Below, one piece after another: positions 40,201 to 50,826 of a stretch of DNA of 64,000 nt. The notes under the pieces are model-generated. The model saw nothing but the letters and a program-made list of their open reading frames with translations. It made no database searches and was not told the origin of the DNA. The DNA comes from Eledone cirrhosa (lineage: Eukaryota): positions 27,218,001 to 27,282,000 of the forward strand of contig OZ024759.1 in assembly GCA_964016885.1 (NCBI GenBank), given 5' to 3'. A program made the translations under genes and the position numbers. Numbering within the stretch: the stretch's first letter is position 1; each line of letters opens with the position of its first letter.

Positions 40201-43200
40201 GGTAGAGCAAATATTTATTATTAGTACAGATTAAAATTTAAGCAAAGAATTTCTGCTTTTACCCTTTTTCAGATCTGAAAATATATATATATGTATATAT
40301 ATCTTTCTCACTTTCTTTCTCTCTGCCCCCCCCCCCTCTCTATCCCCCCTCTCCCCCCTCTCTGTCCACCACTCCTGCTCTTTCTTTTTCCCTCTCCATA
40401 GCAACTCTAAGAATAAATCTCTTTATGCCTCAGACATGTTTTACCATTCTATCTATCAATGTTTGTATTTTTCTCTCCTATTGCAGTCAAAGCATTTCAA
40501 TTATTCAAGAATAAAGACATGTTGCTTCTTCTCTTGCCATTTTTCTACACAGGTGAGTCTTTAATCACTGACTGTAATTACAGTTTCTGACTTGAGGAAT
40601 AAATTCTTATTATTATCATGTCTACAAGAGTGTCAGTTACAAAGCTTGGCTAGATGTGGTCTCACCACTGCTGAACACATTGCTGTCTTTTAAACTCTGT
40701 CAAGTCCAATGCTGTACAGGGGTGTTCCAGCAAGGAGCATATCAGGAGGTGCTGCATAATCTGAGGTTCGATATCGCAGTCACACACAACGTCCCCATCC
40801 TTTAAATATCCCCATTTTTCCAGATTGACTGTTGCACATCCTACCCTTGCAAGCAGGGAAAAACGGACGTAAAAGGATGATGATGATGAACACCAGATCT
40901 TAGTCTGTTGATGCATTTCCACACAATGGTTTGTATCTGCTCCATGGGGCAGTGTCTCGCTCGCCTTCAGCTCCATTGTTGTTACAGATGGGAGGTTGTT
41001 AAGTTCTTCTTCCCAGCAAGTGACTCTTTCACTATTTATACTTGATATTCCAAGGGGCTCTTTAGGAAACTTTTCCTTAATTTAAGGTGGTTTTTGGCTG
41101 GCACATGGCCGAAGAGGATGTTTTTGACCAATTCTTCATCAGAGGGTTTCTTTAAAGTATAACAATAAATAAGGTATCTATATTTACTTATTCTTATACC
41201 TAACAGAAACCCTCCGATGAAGAATTGGTCTGATAGGTGGCCATATCAATCTATTGAAATGGTGTCATTTATTCTTCAATATTAGAAACTTACATGGTCG
41301 ATAAAATAAAGTACCAGTCACGCACTGGGGTCGATTTAATCGACTCTACCCTCCCTCAAAATTGTTGGCCTAGTGCCTCAATCAGAAACCATTATTACTA
41401 GCCCAAGGAGAGTGGTGGATTGGCAGAATGGGTAGAGCATCAGACAACATATTTTGCAGCATTTAGTTATATCCCATTATGTTCTGAGTTCGGTGGATTG
41501 GCAGTATCGGTAGAGGGTCGGACGCCATGCTTTGACGCATAGAGTTACGGCCCTTGCCATTCTGAGTTCAAATCCCGCCGAGGTTAACTTTGCCTTTCAT
41601 CCTTACAGGATCAATAAAATAAAGTACCAGTAATGCACTGGTCTCAATTTAATCATCTTTCCCTTCCTAACAAAATTGTTGACCTTTGTGCCTAAATCAG
41701 AAACAATTATCACTAGCCAACTTTACCTATCTTGTTTGGGTTTTTCTGTTTTATTTGTATTTTTATCTTTACACAGGGCTTGAACTAACCTTTTTCTCTG
41801 GTATATATGGCACCTGTATTGCTAACAACCAACACTTTGGTGAGAAGGCTAAAAGTCTCATTGGTATATCTGGAATAGTCATTGGATTTGGTGAAATTCT
41901 TGGTAGGTTCCTCTTCTTTTTCTTTTCTTCGCCCACTTATTCCTGAGAGGCTCGAGGGGGCAGAGTCCTCAAACACTCCCCCCCCCAGCAGGTCCTGTCA
42001 GAAGCAACTGTCTCCAACTCACCCAGCTGGATCCCCAAGCGTGAGCAACCAAGCTCATGGATGTTATCCAACCATCTTGCTCGGGGTCTATGCCTGGGTC
42101 TCCTGCCAGTTGGTTTTGCCTTTAAAATCTGCCCAGTGATTCTTTCCTGAGACATTCTAACCACATACCCAAAGTATCGGAACTAGTGGACTGGGTGTCT
42201 TTTGTTGTGTCACCAGTTCAACCTCTATACAGGGTGGATTAGGAGCTTTTTGATGTGGCACCAGTATGACCACCTTGCAGGTTGGACTGGGTGTTTTGAG
42301 CCATGGGACCATCATGACCACCTTACAGGGTGGACTGGGTGTTTTGTGTCATGGCACTATCATGACCACCGTACAGGGTGACCTGGGTGTTTTGTGTCAT
42401 GGCACCATCACTGTGAGAGAGCAAGAGATATGATAAACATTGATAAATGTAATGCTTTAAAAAACATGAAAATCTATTACAGAAAACATATATATATATA
42501 TTTCTTTTTCCATATTACCTTGAAAAAAAATCAAAAAATGAAATAAAATACAGGTGGTGGTATATTTGGCATCTTCGGTAAATGGACCCATCGCTATGGC
42601 AAAGACCCTTTCATACTTTTGGGCTATTTAATTCATCTGACAGCATTTTATCTTGCTTTTATAAACTTACCATTTGACTCTTCACAAATCGGATCAAAGG
42701 ATCCAACTTACATTCCATCAAGGTAAGACATCTTTTATTTTATCTTTTTGATTTTTTTTAGAATTTAACCCTTTCATTATAATCATCATCATTGATTACC
42801 GTCTATCTTCCACGCTAGCATGGGTTAGATGGGTCCCATTTAGAGGCAAGTTGGGTTGGGTGACTGTGTCTTGCTCATATAGGAGTGTTTCTGGCTGGAT
42901 GCTTTTCCTAATGCCAACCACATTTACAGTGTGTGCTGGGTGCTTTTTGCCATGTCTTTTACATGCCCTATTTACAGTCTGGGCTGGATGTTATATACTT
43001 ATATTCACACATGGTCTATATATATACATACTTGTGTATATTGTCTATAAATATTTGTGTATATAGTCTATATATACATATTTCTAATAATCGTTTCTAC
43101 TCTAGGCACAAGTCCAGAAGATGAAGTTATGATACAATATTGACCCCCCATCACTCTACTGTTTTTTATATTATTAATCTATTGGTTTTAATGTTTGATT

Positions 43201-46200
43201 CTTGATCCTTAAATTTAGGGTTTAACCCTTTAGAAAACTTGCTGTATCCAGCCAGAATTCTCTCACCTCTTTCTGTTCAAACTGGCTGTATCCTGCCAGA
43301 ATTCTCTCACCTCTTTCTGTTCAAACTGGCTATAACCAGCCAGAATTCTCTCACCTCTTTCTATTCAAACTGGCTGTGACCAGCCACAATTATCTCACCT
43401 CTTTCTGTTCAAACTGGCTGTATCTGGCCAGAATTCTCTCACCTCTTTCTATTCAAACTGGCTGTAACCAGCCACAATTATCTCACCTCTTTCTGTTCAA
43501 ACTGGCTGTATCTGGCCAGAATTCTCTCACCTCTTTCTATTCAAACTGGCTGTAACCAGCCACAATTATCTCACCTCTTTCTGTTCAAACTGGCTGTATC
43601 TGGCCAGAATTCTCTCACCTCTTTCTGTTCAAACTGGCTGTAACCAGCCAGAATTCTCTCACCTCTTTCTGTTCAAACTGGCTGTAACCAGCCAGAATTC
43701 TCTCACCTCTTTCTATTCAAACAGGCTGTATCTGGCCAGAATTCTCTCACCTCCTTTCTGTTCAAACTGGCTGTATATGGCCCAAATTCTCTCACCTTTT
43801 TCTGTTTAAACCGGCCATATCTGGCCACACATACTGATGTTAAGGTATTGTTCTCAAAATAAATAATATCAAAATCTCATAGATTTAATATTATGTGAAA
43901 TAATTATGTGAGATAAAAACCTTTACTGTGAAAATGTAATAGTATATATAGAGTAATATAAATAGTAAATGGTTAATACATGTTGGATCTCTGACTAATA
44001 ATGTAATTCTTGTTGTTGTTTCTATTGCAGCATTGCAGTGGCATTAGTCTGTAGCTTTTTACTGGGATTAGGGGACAGCATTTTTAACACTCAGGTAAGA
44101 GATACTTACTTCATTGAGTTTTGTGTCTGTGTGTGTGTGGTGGTACAGTGGTTGGATCATAGAATGACATGTAGATCTTGTGGTATTGGCTGTAGTAGTG
44201 GTAGTTGTTTTGATGTTGGTGTTAGTGGTGGTGGTTGTAGTGGTGGTGGTAGTAGTTATAGTGGTAGTGGTTATAGTGTTGGTGGTGGTGGTAGTAGTTG
44301 TAATGGTGGTAGTAGTTGTTTTGATGGTGGTGTTAGTTGTAGTGGTGGTGATAGTAGTAGTTGTAGTGGTAGTAGTTATAGTGGTGGTGGTGGTATTTGT
44401 TTTGGTGGTGGTGGTGGTAGTGGTAGTTGTAGTGGTGGTGGTAGTAGTGTTAGTGGTGGTGGTGGTTGCAAATTTTTTTGATAGATAATTGGCTCATGGT
44501 CTTTATTGATCTTACATACATGATCACTCCCTACTCTCTCCTCCCACCATCACTCTATCGTCTTTCCTCTTACTATTTCCAGATATTCTCCATATTAGGA
44601 ACAATTTTCCCAGAAGATGGAGCTCCTGCTTTTGCTCTGTACAAATTTGCTCAGGTAATCCTTTTGTTTTTCTTCACTTATATAAATATCATCATCATCA
44701 TCATCATCATTTTTACGTCCGCTTTGTGCTTGCTTGCAAGGGTGGGACGGGAACTGATTCTGGCTTGATTTCTACAGCTGGATGCCCTTCCTAACACCAA
44801 CCTCATTTACAGTGAGTGCTGGGTGCTTTTTTGCCGTGGCACCTCCACGACCACTTTACAGTGGAATGATAGGGACCCCAGTCCCTATCATCTCATTTCT
44901 ACAGCTGAGTAAACTGGAGCAATGTGAAATAAAGTGTCTTGCTCAAGGAAACAACACATCACCCGGTCTGAGAATTGAACTCACAACCTTTCGATTGCAA
45001 GGCCAATGCTTTAACCACTAAGCCATGTACCTCCATTATTTACCCCTCTTTTATATTCAACTATATATATATATATGGCTTAGTGGTTAGAGCATTGACC
45101 TTGCAATCGAAAGGTTGTGAGTTCAATTCTCAGACCGGGTGATGTGTTGTTTCCTTGAGCAAGACACTTTATTTCACATTGCTCCAGTTTACTCAGCTGT
45201 AGAAATGAGATGATAGGGACTGGGGTCCCTATCATTCCATATCATCATCATCATCATCATCATCAGGTTTAGCGTCCGTGTTCCACGCTTGCATGGGTTT
45301 GGACGGGGGTTTTCCCACTTGAGGCAAGAGTGGTTGTCTTGCTCGCATAGGACTGTCTGGCGGGTTTTCTACAGCTGGATGCCCTTCCTAACACCAACCA
45401 CATTTACAGTGTGGGGCTGGGAGGTTTTTACCGTGTTGCCTACACGGCCACATTTACAGCGTGGACTGTGTGTTTTTTGTCGTGACACCTACACGATCTC
45501 ATTTGTTTCGGCCTGGATGTTGTGGGACCAACATAACTTTACATTGAAAGGGGCGGTGTGGGTGGGGTGGAGGTGGTGGGACGGGGGTGTGTTTTGATAG
45601 AGATGCCTACTGACTGTAGTAGGTTTTTACTTTGTATTTAGGTAAGGCGGGTCTTCTCTATTACTGAGTACCGCCAAAGGTCTCGGTCCAGTGACATTGT
45701 CTTGGAGAGGTGTAAGCATGTGAGGTCGGAATTTATCAGCTCGTCCCATGTTTTTCTGGGTCTGCCTACTCCGTGGCTACCGTCTATCTTTATTGCCCTG
45801 CACTTTGTTATACAGCTGTCGTCTTTCATGCGCATCACGTGACCGTACCAACGTAGCCTTCTCTCGAGTAAATAACATCTGATCCCTCTTATTTCTAATT
45901 TTTTCCTTAGTTCGTTTATGCTTTGCCGTTCACGTATATTACTATTGCACATCCAGCGGAGCATGCAAGCTTCGTTCCTCTCTAGTCTGCGTATATCCTC
46001 TGCACACAATGCCCAGGTCTCACTGCCATGCAGCATTGCTGTTCGTATGCAGGCATCGTATAACCTGCCTTTCATTTTTAGGGAGAACCCTCTAGCGGCT
46101 AATAGTGGTATAAGCTCTCTGAACTTTTTCCATCCAGTTCTGACTCTAGCTACTGTACTTTCAGAGCACCCTCCCCCACTGCTGATTTTGTCACCCAGGT

Positions 46201-48628
46201 AACGGAAGCTGTCCACTATTTCTATAGAACCCTCTGCGCAGTTGAAGGAGCTAGTATTTTGTGGGCACTTGCTGCTACTTATTGCACCAGAGCACCGGCC
46301 ACATGTAAAATCTATGTTCTTAGTTAGCTTACCTGTGATCCCACTACATCTTTTATGCACCCATACTTTGCATTTGGGACATAAAATGGAGTTTCTACCT
46401 ACGCCTTTCCTACACACTGAGCATGGCCATTTCCCAGATGGGACTGCCGCCATATTTTCTTTCCTACAAACTAGAACTTTTGTCTTAGCCAGGTTAATTT
46501 TAAGGCCTTTTGATTCTAGGCCGTGCTTCCATGTTTGGAATTTCTTCTCTAGTTCGGTCATTGATTCAGCTATGAGCGTTAGATCATCTGCGTATAGGAG
46601 TTCCCGGTCCATATATAGTTGAATATAAAAGAGGGGTAAATACATATATGTGTTCAAGGCGTAAGAGGTCAGATTCGCTGAAGAGCAATAGAATTGGTGA
46701 TTTCCTATCACTAAATTGCGGAACAGCATTGCCAAAAGCTGTCTGGGTGTTTGATAGTTGTCACAATTTCGGTTTCGTAGTTTTTCTTAATTTATTCTTT
46801 CATTGAGTCTGCCAAACCCTATTGTTCATAGTTAGTATTGTTTTCACCCTACCGAATCTGGTCCCTTACGATTTGAACACATATATGTATATATCTGTGT
46901 TTATATTCAATTATATTTCACGGCCTGGAAGATTTTTCTTTTCCTTGAGCTATTTAATTGTAAGTGACTATTCTGAGTTTCTAACTAAATATATACCTTT
47001 GATATATATATATATATATATTGATATACTTGGGGAGGGTCATATTGTTGTAATATTGCCAGAAATAATAACAGAACACACTCACTTGTGAGTGTGTTCT
47101 ATTATTATTTCTGGCAATATTACAACAATATGACCCTCCCCAAGAATAACAATATTTGTTTCGACACACGATTTTATATCAAAAACCTTGCAAAACAAAT
47201 ATATATATATATGAAAGACGATAGCTGTATAAAAAATGCAGGGTAATCAAATTTGATGGAAGTTACGGAGTAGGTAGACCCAGAAAAACGTGGGACTGTG
47301 TGATAAAATCTGACCTTGCACACTTACACCTCTCTAAGACAATGTCACTGGATCGAGATCTTTGGTGCCACGCAATAATACAGAGACCTGCCTTCCCTAG
47401 GCACAAAGTTAACCTACAGTCAGTAGGCACCTCTTAACTAAATATACACCCAAACCCACTACCCCTACTCCATCCTCCCACTCCCACCAACACCACCCTT
47501 TCTCTGTAAAGTTATGTTGGTACCACAACATCCAGTCCAAACTAAAGAGGTCGTGTAGGTGTCACAACAAAAAAGACACCCAGTCCACGTTGTAAAGTGG
47601 TCGTGTGGGAGACACGGTAAAAAGGCTCCCAGTCCACACTGTAAATTTACAGTCCTCACCAGAGCAAGGCGCAACACATGACCAACCCTGGCCAGACTTG
47701 CCTCCCGGCATAGACGACCCGTCTAACCCATGCAAGCTTGGAAAAATGCCCTAAAGATCAGAACATCCGTGGTTTTATGGGGGTTTTTCCACGACTGACT
47801 CTCAAACGTCTCCTCCCTATTGAGGAACCTTCTTTGTTTTTATTTTATCGTTTTATTTTTTTTTTATTTCTTTACACACAAAACCCACACATGAACACAC
47901 ATACACACACTCTATGTTTTCGTCCGGTACTGTCATAATGTTTTTCTTAATGGGGACCCTTTGTGGTTAATAAAGAAATCATTATTATTATTCTTGGAAT
48001 CTCAGTCATTGATGTTATTTAACTGAAAAGTTTGTTCAAATGAATACCAATCCGCCACCTGCAGCCTCAGATATTCAGGATTTATCGGAGGGTTCTTGAT
48101 GTTCACAGCAAGCATGCCTTTTGAAGTGTTCCAAAAAAGGGAGCTGGACTAATGTTCTTTAATCATCCTTGAAAACTCTTTGACATAGTACCTAGTGCTC
48201 CTATGACAATCGGGACGACCTTGATCTCATGACAGTCCCAAATCCTTTTTAATTCCCACTTTAAAAACCTTGTATCGGTTAATTTTCTCCTTCTCCTTTT
48301 CATGCACTCTTGTGTTAAAGGGGCAGGCTACATCTACAATCAGGCATGATCTTTTTTCCTTGTCAAAAACCACCAGTTCAGGCCTATTGTGTTCTAATTT
48401 CTTATCTGTCTGTATCCTGAAATCCTGTAGCACCTTCACTTGATCATTTTTTATCACCAACTATTATTATTATTATTGCAGTCAATAGCAGCAGCCATAT
48501 CATTTGTCTACAGTATATACTTGCCTCTGCAATGGCAATTGCTGATCCTCGTCATCTTCGCTACATTTGCTTCCGTCTCATTCTTTTTTCTGGAATGGAG
48601 TATATTCAGCAGAATGCCACGTAAGTAG
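25902..48628 (+). CDS. MFSD11: UNC93-like MFS transporter MFSD11, 13 coding exons, 1323 nt, 440 aa
   Basis: join(25902-26006, 31846-31901, 34389-34496, 35312-35391, 36424-36520, 37759-37956, 40020-40054, 40487-40552, 41777-41902, 42554-42722, 44031-44094, 44583-44654, 48482-48628); all GT-AG with consistent phases; motifs FMFVFTAFQT, WTAQG, RNSGIFWALLQ, YTGLELTFFSGIYGTCI, CSFLLGLGDS, APAFALYKF. Confidence 0.95.
26215..26545 (-). mobile_element. Fragment of RTE-like 5' region, inverted copy of 30835-31165
   Basis: Reverse-complement identity; shared ORF STERSPDIKQCLCREAF on opposite strands. Confidence 0.75.
26823..27160 (-). mobile_element. tRNA-derived SINE family A (CORE-like centre, RTE-type tail)
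   Basis: Reverse complement of 36591-36931; (ATC)n tail. Confidence 0.88.
27200..27435 (+). mobile_element. RTE-like LINE 3' fragment, second subfamily (also 38000-38330 minus and 41920-42185 minus)
   Basis: MSKERIAGQILQAKPTSKRPRDGTRTKWLDNI, RTE C-terminal pattern. Confidence 0.75.
27580..28880 (-). mobile_element. RTE-clade LINE, 5'-truncated and disrupted
   Basis: GVHQGLVLSPLLF, LLYADDLVL, FRYLG, RLRWYGHVMR. Confidence 0.93.
30072..30132 (+). ncRNA. Type I minimal hammerhead ribozyme motif (Penelope-like)
   Basis: TATTTTAT-CTGATGA-imperfect stem II-GAAA-T[ATAT]A-TA-ATAGAATA, overlapping AATAAA. Confidence 0.6.
30283..30520 (+). mobile_element. SINE family A, 5'-truncated
   Basis: Identity to 36710-36931; (GAT)n tail. 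Confidence 0.85.
30555..31165 (+). mobile_element. RTE-like retrotransposon 5' region
   Basis: CTAGGAGAAGGAAAACTCTGA motif recalled from RTE 5' UTRs; multi-hairpin leader. Confidence 0.55.
31714..31778 (+). ncRNA. Type I minimal hammerhead ribozyme motif (Penelope-like)
   Basis: TATTTTAT-CTGATGA-AAGCACACCA..TGGTGTCCTT-GAAA-T[ATGT]A-TA-ATGAAATA, then AATAAA. Confidence 0.7.
31846..31901 (+). CDS. MFSD11: MFSD11 exon 2
   Basis: ttttcag then KTVLQSAANDSKQGDAYA(S) then gtagat; 56 nt with the required phase. Confidence 0.88.
31929..32090 (+). mobile_element. SINE family B, internally deleted
   Basis: GCGGTGGATTGGCACTATCGG head; GAGTTCAAATC B-box. Confidence 0.8.
32090..33490. repeat. 30-bp satellite, about 46 copies
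   Basis: TTATATATCTTATAAATGTAACCAGTTCAT with a few recurrent variants. Confidence 0.97.
33490..34130 (+). mobile_element. L1/Tx1-like LINE 3' end (related 3' UTR at 47760-47995)
   Basis: LINFFRFHLKRKIRMEREVLPSSQFVESW C-terminus; T-rich 3' UTR similar to 47760-47995, which ends AATAAAGAAATC(ATT)n. Confidence 0.6.
34127..34350 (+). mobile_element. SINE family B
   Basis: Head, B-box, central domain and (ATT)n tail. Confidence 0.85.
34389..34496 (+). CDS. MFSD11: MFSD11 exon 3
   Basis: ctctag then LGIIYSVFSICNWIAPVIIFWCGTKISMIIGGITY then gtgagt. Confidence 0.93.
34757..35195 (+). mobile_element. Two tandem SINE family B copies
   Basis: Central domain and tail occur twice. Confidence 0.85.
35312..35391 (+). 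CDS. MFSD11: MFSD11 exon 4
   Basis: ttttcag then LFILSFLKPIYWTLYVGSVLIGFGAA then gtaagt. Confidence 0.94.
35412..35826 (-). mobile_element. piggyBac-like MITE with internal tandem amplification
   Basis: TTAA-CCCCTTA...TAAAGTG-TTAA; reverse-complement homology to 43222-43976. Confidence 0.7.
35878..36385 (-). mobile_element. RTE-type 3' tail with amplified roughly 44-bp unit (similar at 42180-42415 and 42780-42990)
   Basis: (ATC)n tail, CTACAGCTGGATGCCC motif, repeated ACCACTTTACAGTGTGGGTTGGGTGC. Confidence 0.7.
36424..36520 (+). CDS. MFSD11: MFSD11 exon 5
   Basis: tttcag then IWTAQGAFLTNNSNSETMSRNSGIFWALLQC then gtaagt. Confidence 0.96.
36591..36931 (+). mobile_element. Full-length SINE family A
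   Basis: A-box TGGCCTAGTGG, B-box GAGTTCAATTC, CCTTGAGCAAGACAC CORE-like block, RTE-shared tail GGCATCCAGCTGTAGAAA and (GAT)n. Confidence 0.9.
37759..37956 (+). CDS. MFSD11: MFSD11 exon 6
   Basis: ctacag then LLWGNIYTYFTFQGKYKISDEMRTQLFAGLSGACALGVFLLVFLRSK... then gtaagc. Confidence 0.94.
38340..38770. repeat. Degenerate roughly 55-60-bp tandem repeat
   Basis: Recurring ATCATACAGCCTTCYAGAACATAAACCTAGCTGAAATTT. Confidence 0.65.
40020..40054 (+). CDS. MFSD11: MFSD11 exon 7 (35-nt mini-exon)
   Basis: Pyrimidine tract, ttacag, T CAA GAA AAC ACT GAA AGT GTA AAA AGT ACA TTC C, gtgagt; supplies the phase needed between exons 6 and 8. Confidence 0.85.
40487..40552 (+). CDS. MFSD11: MFSD11 exon 8
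   Basis: ttgcag then KAFQLFKNKDMLLLLLPFFYT then gtgagt. Confidence 0.94.
40600..41125 (-). mobile_element. Vingi/Ingi-like LINE 3' remnant with an inserted SINE tail
   Basis: NLEKWGYLKDGDVVCDCDIEPQIMQHLLIC C-terminal zinc-knuckle pattern. Confidence 0.55.
41296..41712 (+). mobile_element. Cluster of SINE family B copies
   Basis: Repeated heads and central domains. Confidence 0.82.
41777..41902 (+). CDS. MFSD11: MFSD11 exon 9
   Basis: acacag then LELTFFSGIYGTCIANNQHFGEKAKSLIGISGIVIGFGEIL then gtaggt. Confidence 0.96.
42554..42722 (+). CDS. MFSD11: MFSD11 exon 10
   Basis: atacag then GGIFGIFGKWTHRYGKDPFILLGYLIHLTAFYLAFINLPFDS...PTYIPS then gtaaga. Confidence 0.93.
43222..43976 (+). mobile_element. 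piggyBac-like MITE carrying a 44-bp tandem array (about 43240-43825, about 13 copies)
   Basis: TTAA-CCCTTTAG...TAAATGG-TTAA; unit GCCAGAATTCTCTCACCTCTTTCTGTTCAAACTGGCTGTATCCA, period 43251 to 43295. Confidence 0.75.
44031..44094 (+). CDS. MFSD11: MFSD11 exon 11
   Basis: ttgcag then IAVALVCSFLLGLGDSIFNTQ then gtaaga. Confidence 0.95.
44180..44468. repeat. (GGT/AGT)n trinucleotide repeat
   Basis: Direct reading. Confidence 0.95.
44583..44654 (+). CDS. MFSD11: MFSD11 exon 12
   Basis: ttccag then IFSILGTIFPEDGAPAFALYKFAQ then gtaatc. Confidence 0.95.
44688..45239. mobile_element. Head-to-head SINE family A pair (44688-45035 minus; 45075-45239 plus, partial)
   Basis: Reverse-complement arms of about 165 bp. 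Confidence 0.9.
45240..46606 (-). mobile_element. RTE-clade LINE, 5'-truncated at the YADD motif
   Basis: ELLYADDLTL...RRLRWYGHVMR...GRPRKTW, 3' UTR and (ATC)n tail. Confidence 0.95.
46673..46748 (+). ncRNA. Hammerhead ribozyme motif with extended stem III, core GAAA mutated to GGAA
   Basis: ATTCG-CTGAAGA-GCAAT..TTGGTGAT/ATCACTAA..ATTGC-GGAA-CAGC..GCTG-TC-TGGGT. Confidence 0.55.
47029..47144. repeat. Near-perfect palindrome, 57-bp arms, 2-nt centre
   Basis: CTTGGGGAGGGTCATATTG...CTCAC TT GTGAG...CAATATGACCCTCCCCAAG with one mismatch. Confidence 0.95.
47210..47750 (+). mobile_element. RTE LINE 3' fragment
   Basis: GRPRKTW region and 3' UTR homologous to 50260-50826. Confidence 0.85.
48060..48460 (-). 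mobile_element. R4/Dong-like LINE RLE endonuclease fragment
   Basis: DFRIQTDKKLEHNRPELVVFDKEKRSCLIVDVACPF; flanked by (TTA)n. Confidence 0.8.
48482..48628 (+). CDS. MFSD11: MFSD11 exon 13 (stop at 48626-48628, or donor after 48620)
   Basis: ttgcag then SIAAAISFVYSIYLPLQWQLLILVIFATFASVSFFFLEWSIFSRMPRK*. Confidence 0.92.
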   Translation, partial: SIAAAISFVYSIYLPLQWQLLILVIFATFASVSFFFLEWSIFSRMPRK

Positions 48629-48749
48629 TATTTACTCCTTTCACTGGTTTCACTCAGCCTAGTGGTTAACGTGTTTGACACACAATCAGAAGGTTGTGAG
48701 TTCAATTTTTGGACCCGGTGGCATGTTGTGTTTTTTAGGTAAACATTTT

Positions 48750-50826
48750 ATTTCATCTGCCCCAAATCGATCCAATAGAGGGACCAGTGGTGCAAGTTAG
48801 GGGTTGTATAATAAGTAAGGCAATCAAAAATATGAAGACAGGCAAGACAGCTGGGCCTTCGGAAATAGTTGCTGAGATGTTGAAAGCATCTGGAATGATG
48901 GGACATACTATGGTCACCCGGATAGTAAACCAAGTAATACAGAATGGAGGTCATACCTAAGGACTGGCGTAGCGGCATCATCGTTAACTGCTACAAGGGT
49001 AAAAGAGATGCTCTAGATAGGGGAAACTATAGAGGCATTAAGTTAGTTGACCAGGTCATGAAGGTCACAGAAAGAGTTATAGCACAACTAATCAGAGATT
49101 GAATTGATCTAGATGAAATGCAGTTTAGGTTTGTGTCAGGTAAAAGTACCACAGATGCTCTTTTCCATGTACGACCACTACAGGAGAAGTACCTAGCTAA
49201 AAGTAAACCCCTCTACTTAGCTTTTGTTGACTTGGAGAAAACCTTTGACAGAGTCCCACACTCCATTATCTGGTGGGCCCTTAGAAAGCTAGGAGTAGAT
49301 GAATGGCTTGTGAGAGCTATACAAGCCATGTGTAAAGATATAGTCAGTAAGGTTAGAATTAACAATGAATATAGTGAAGAATTTAGCGTAAAGGTCTGTG
49401 TTCATTAAGGCTCTTTCCTTAGCCCCCTCCTGTTTATTATTGCCCTTCAGGCTATAACAGAGGAGTTTAAGACTGGCTGCCCAAGGGAACTTCTATATGC
49501 AGATGATCTAATGCTCATAGCTGAATCTATGGCTGAACTAGAGAAGAAATTCCAAACATGGAAGCATGGCCTAGAATCAAAAGGCCTTAAAGTTAACTTG
49601 TCTAAGACTAACGTTCTAGTATGTAGAAAGGAAAATAGGGAACAGGTGCCCTCTGGAAAATGGCCATGCTCAGTATGTAGGAAAGGAGTAGGTAGAAATT
49701 CCATTCTATGTCCCAAATGCAAACTATGGGTACATAAAAGATGTAGTGGGATCACAGGCAAGCTATCTAAGAACATAGGCTTTATATGTGGCCGATGCTC
49801 AGGTGCAATAAGTAACAAGTGTCCACAGGATACTAGCTCCTTCTATTGCCCAGATGGTTCTATAGAAATAGTAGACACTTTCCGTTACCTGGGTGACAAA
49901 ATCAGCAATGATGGAGGGTGTTCTGAAAGTACAGTAGCCAGAGTTAGAACGGGATGGAAAAAGTTCAGAGAGCTTATACCGCTGTTGACCACAAAAGGTT
50001 TCTCTCTGAAAATGAAAGGCAGATTGTATGATGCTTGTATACAAACAGCAATGTTACATGGCAGTGAGATATGGGCTTTACGTGCAGAGGACCTGCGTCG
50101 ACTGGAAAGGAACGAAGCATGCATGCTCCGTTAGATGTGTAATAGTAATATACACGAACGGCAAAACAGAAATGAACTAAGTGAGAAATTAGGAATAAGA
50201 GGGATCAGATGCTGTTTACTCGAGAGAAGATTACGCTGGTACGGTCACGTGATGCGCATGAAAGACAACAGCTGTATAAAAAAGTGCAGAGCGATTAAAA
50301 TTGAGCAAAGTTACAGAGCAGGTAGACCCAGAAAAAACTTGGGACGACATGATAAAGTCCGACCTTACACACTTGCACCTCTCTAAGACAATGTCACTGG
50401 ATCGAGATCTTTGGCACCACGCAGTATTACAGAAGACCAGCCTTCCCTATGTGCAAAGTTAACCTACAGTCAGTAGGCCCCTCCAAACCAAACACACCCC
50501 AACCCACTACTCCGCCAACACCACCCCTTTCTCTATAAAGTTATGTTGGTACCACAACATCCAGTCCAAATTAATGAGATTGTGTAGGTTTAACGACAAA
50601 ATAAAAACACCGTCCACGCTGTAATGTGGACATATAGGTAACACAGTAAAAAGTTCCCAGTCCACACTGTAAATGTGGTTGGTGTTAGGAAGGGCATCCA
50701 GCCGTAGAAAACCAGCCAGAAACACCCCTATTTGAGCAAGACATGGTCACCCGACACAACTTGCCTTAAAATAGGACCTGCCTAACCCATGCTAGCATGG
50801 AAGATGGACTTTAATCAATGATGATG
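48750..50826 (+). mobile_element. RTE-clade LINE, 5'-truncated, several stops
   Basis: NYRGIKL, AFVDLEKTFDRV, LLYADDLML, FRYLG; (GAT)n tail. Confidence 0.95.

Noticed and set aside
44031-44038. Second ATTGCAG acceptor 8 nt into exon 11
   Set aside because: Its use would shift the frame; no support for function
44095-44488. Gly/Ser-rich or poly-Val ORFs
   Set aside because: Read-through from exon 11 into an intronic trinucleotide repeat
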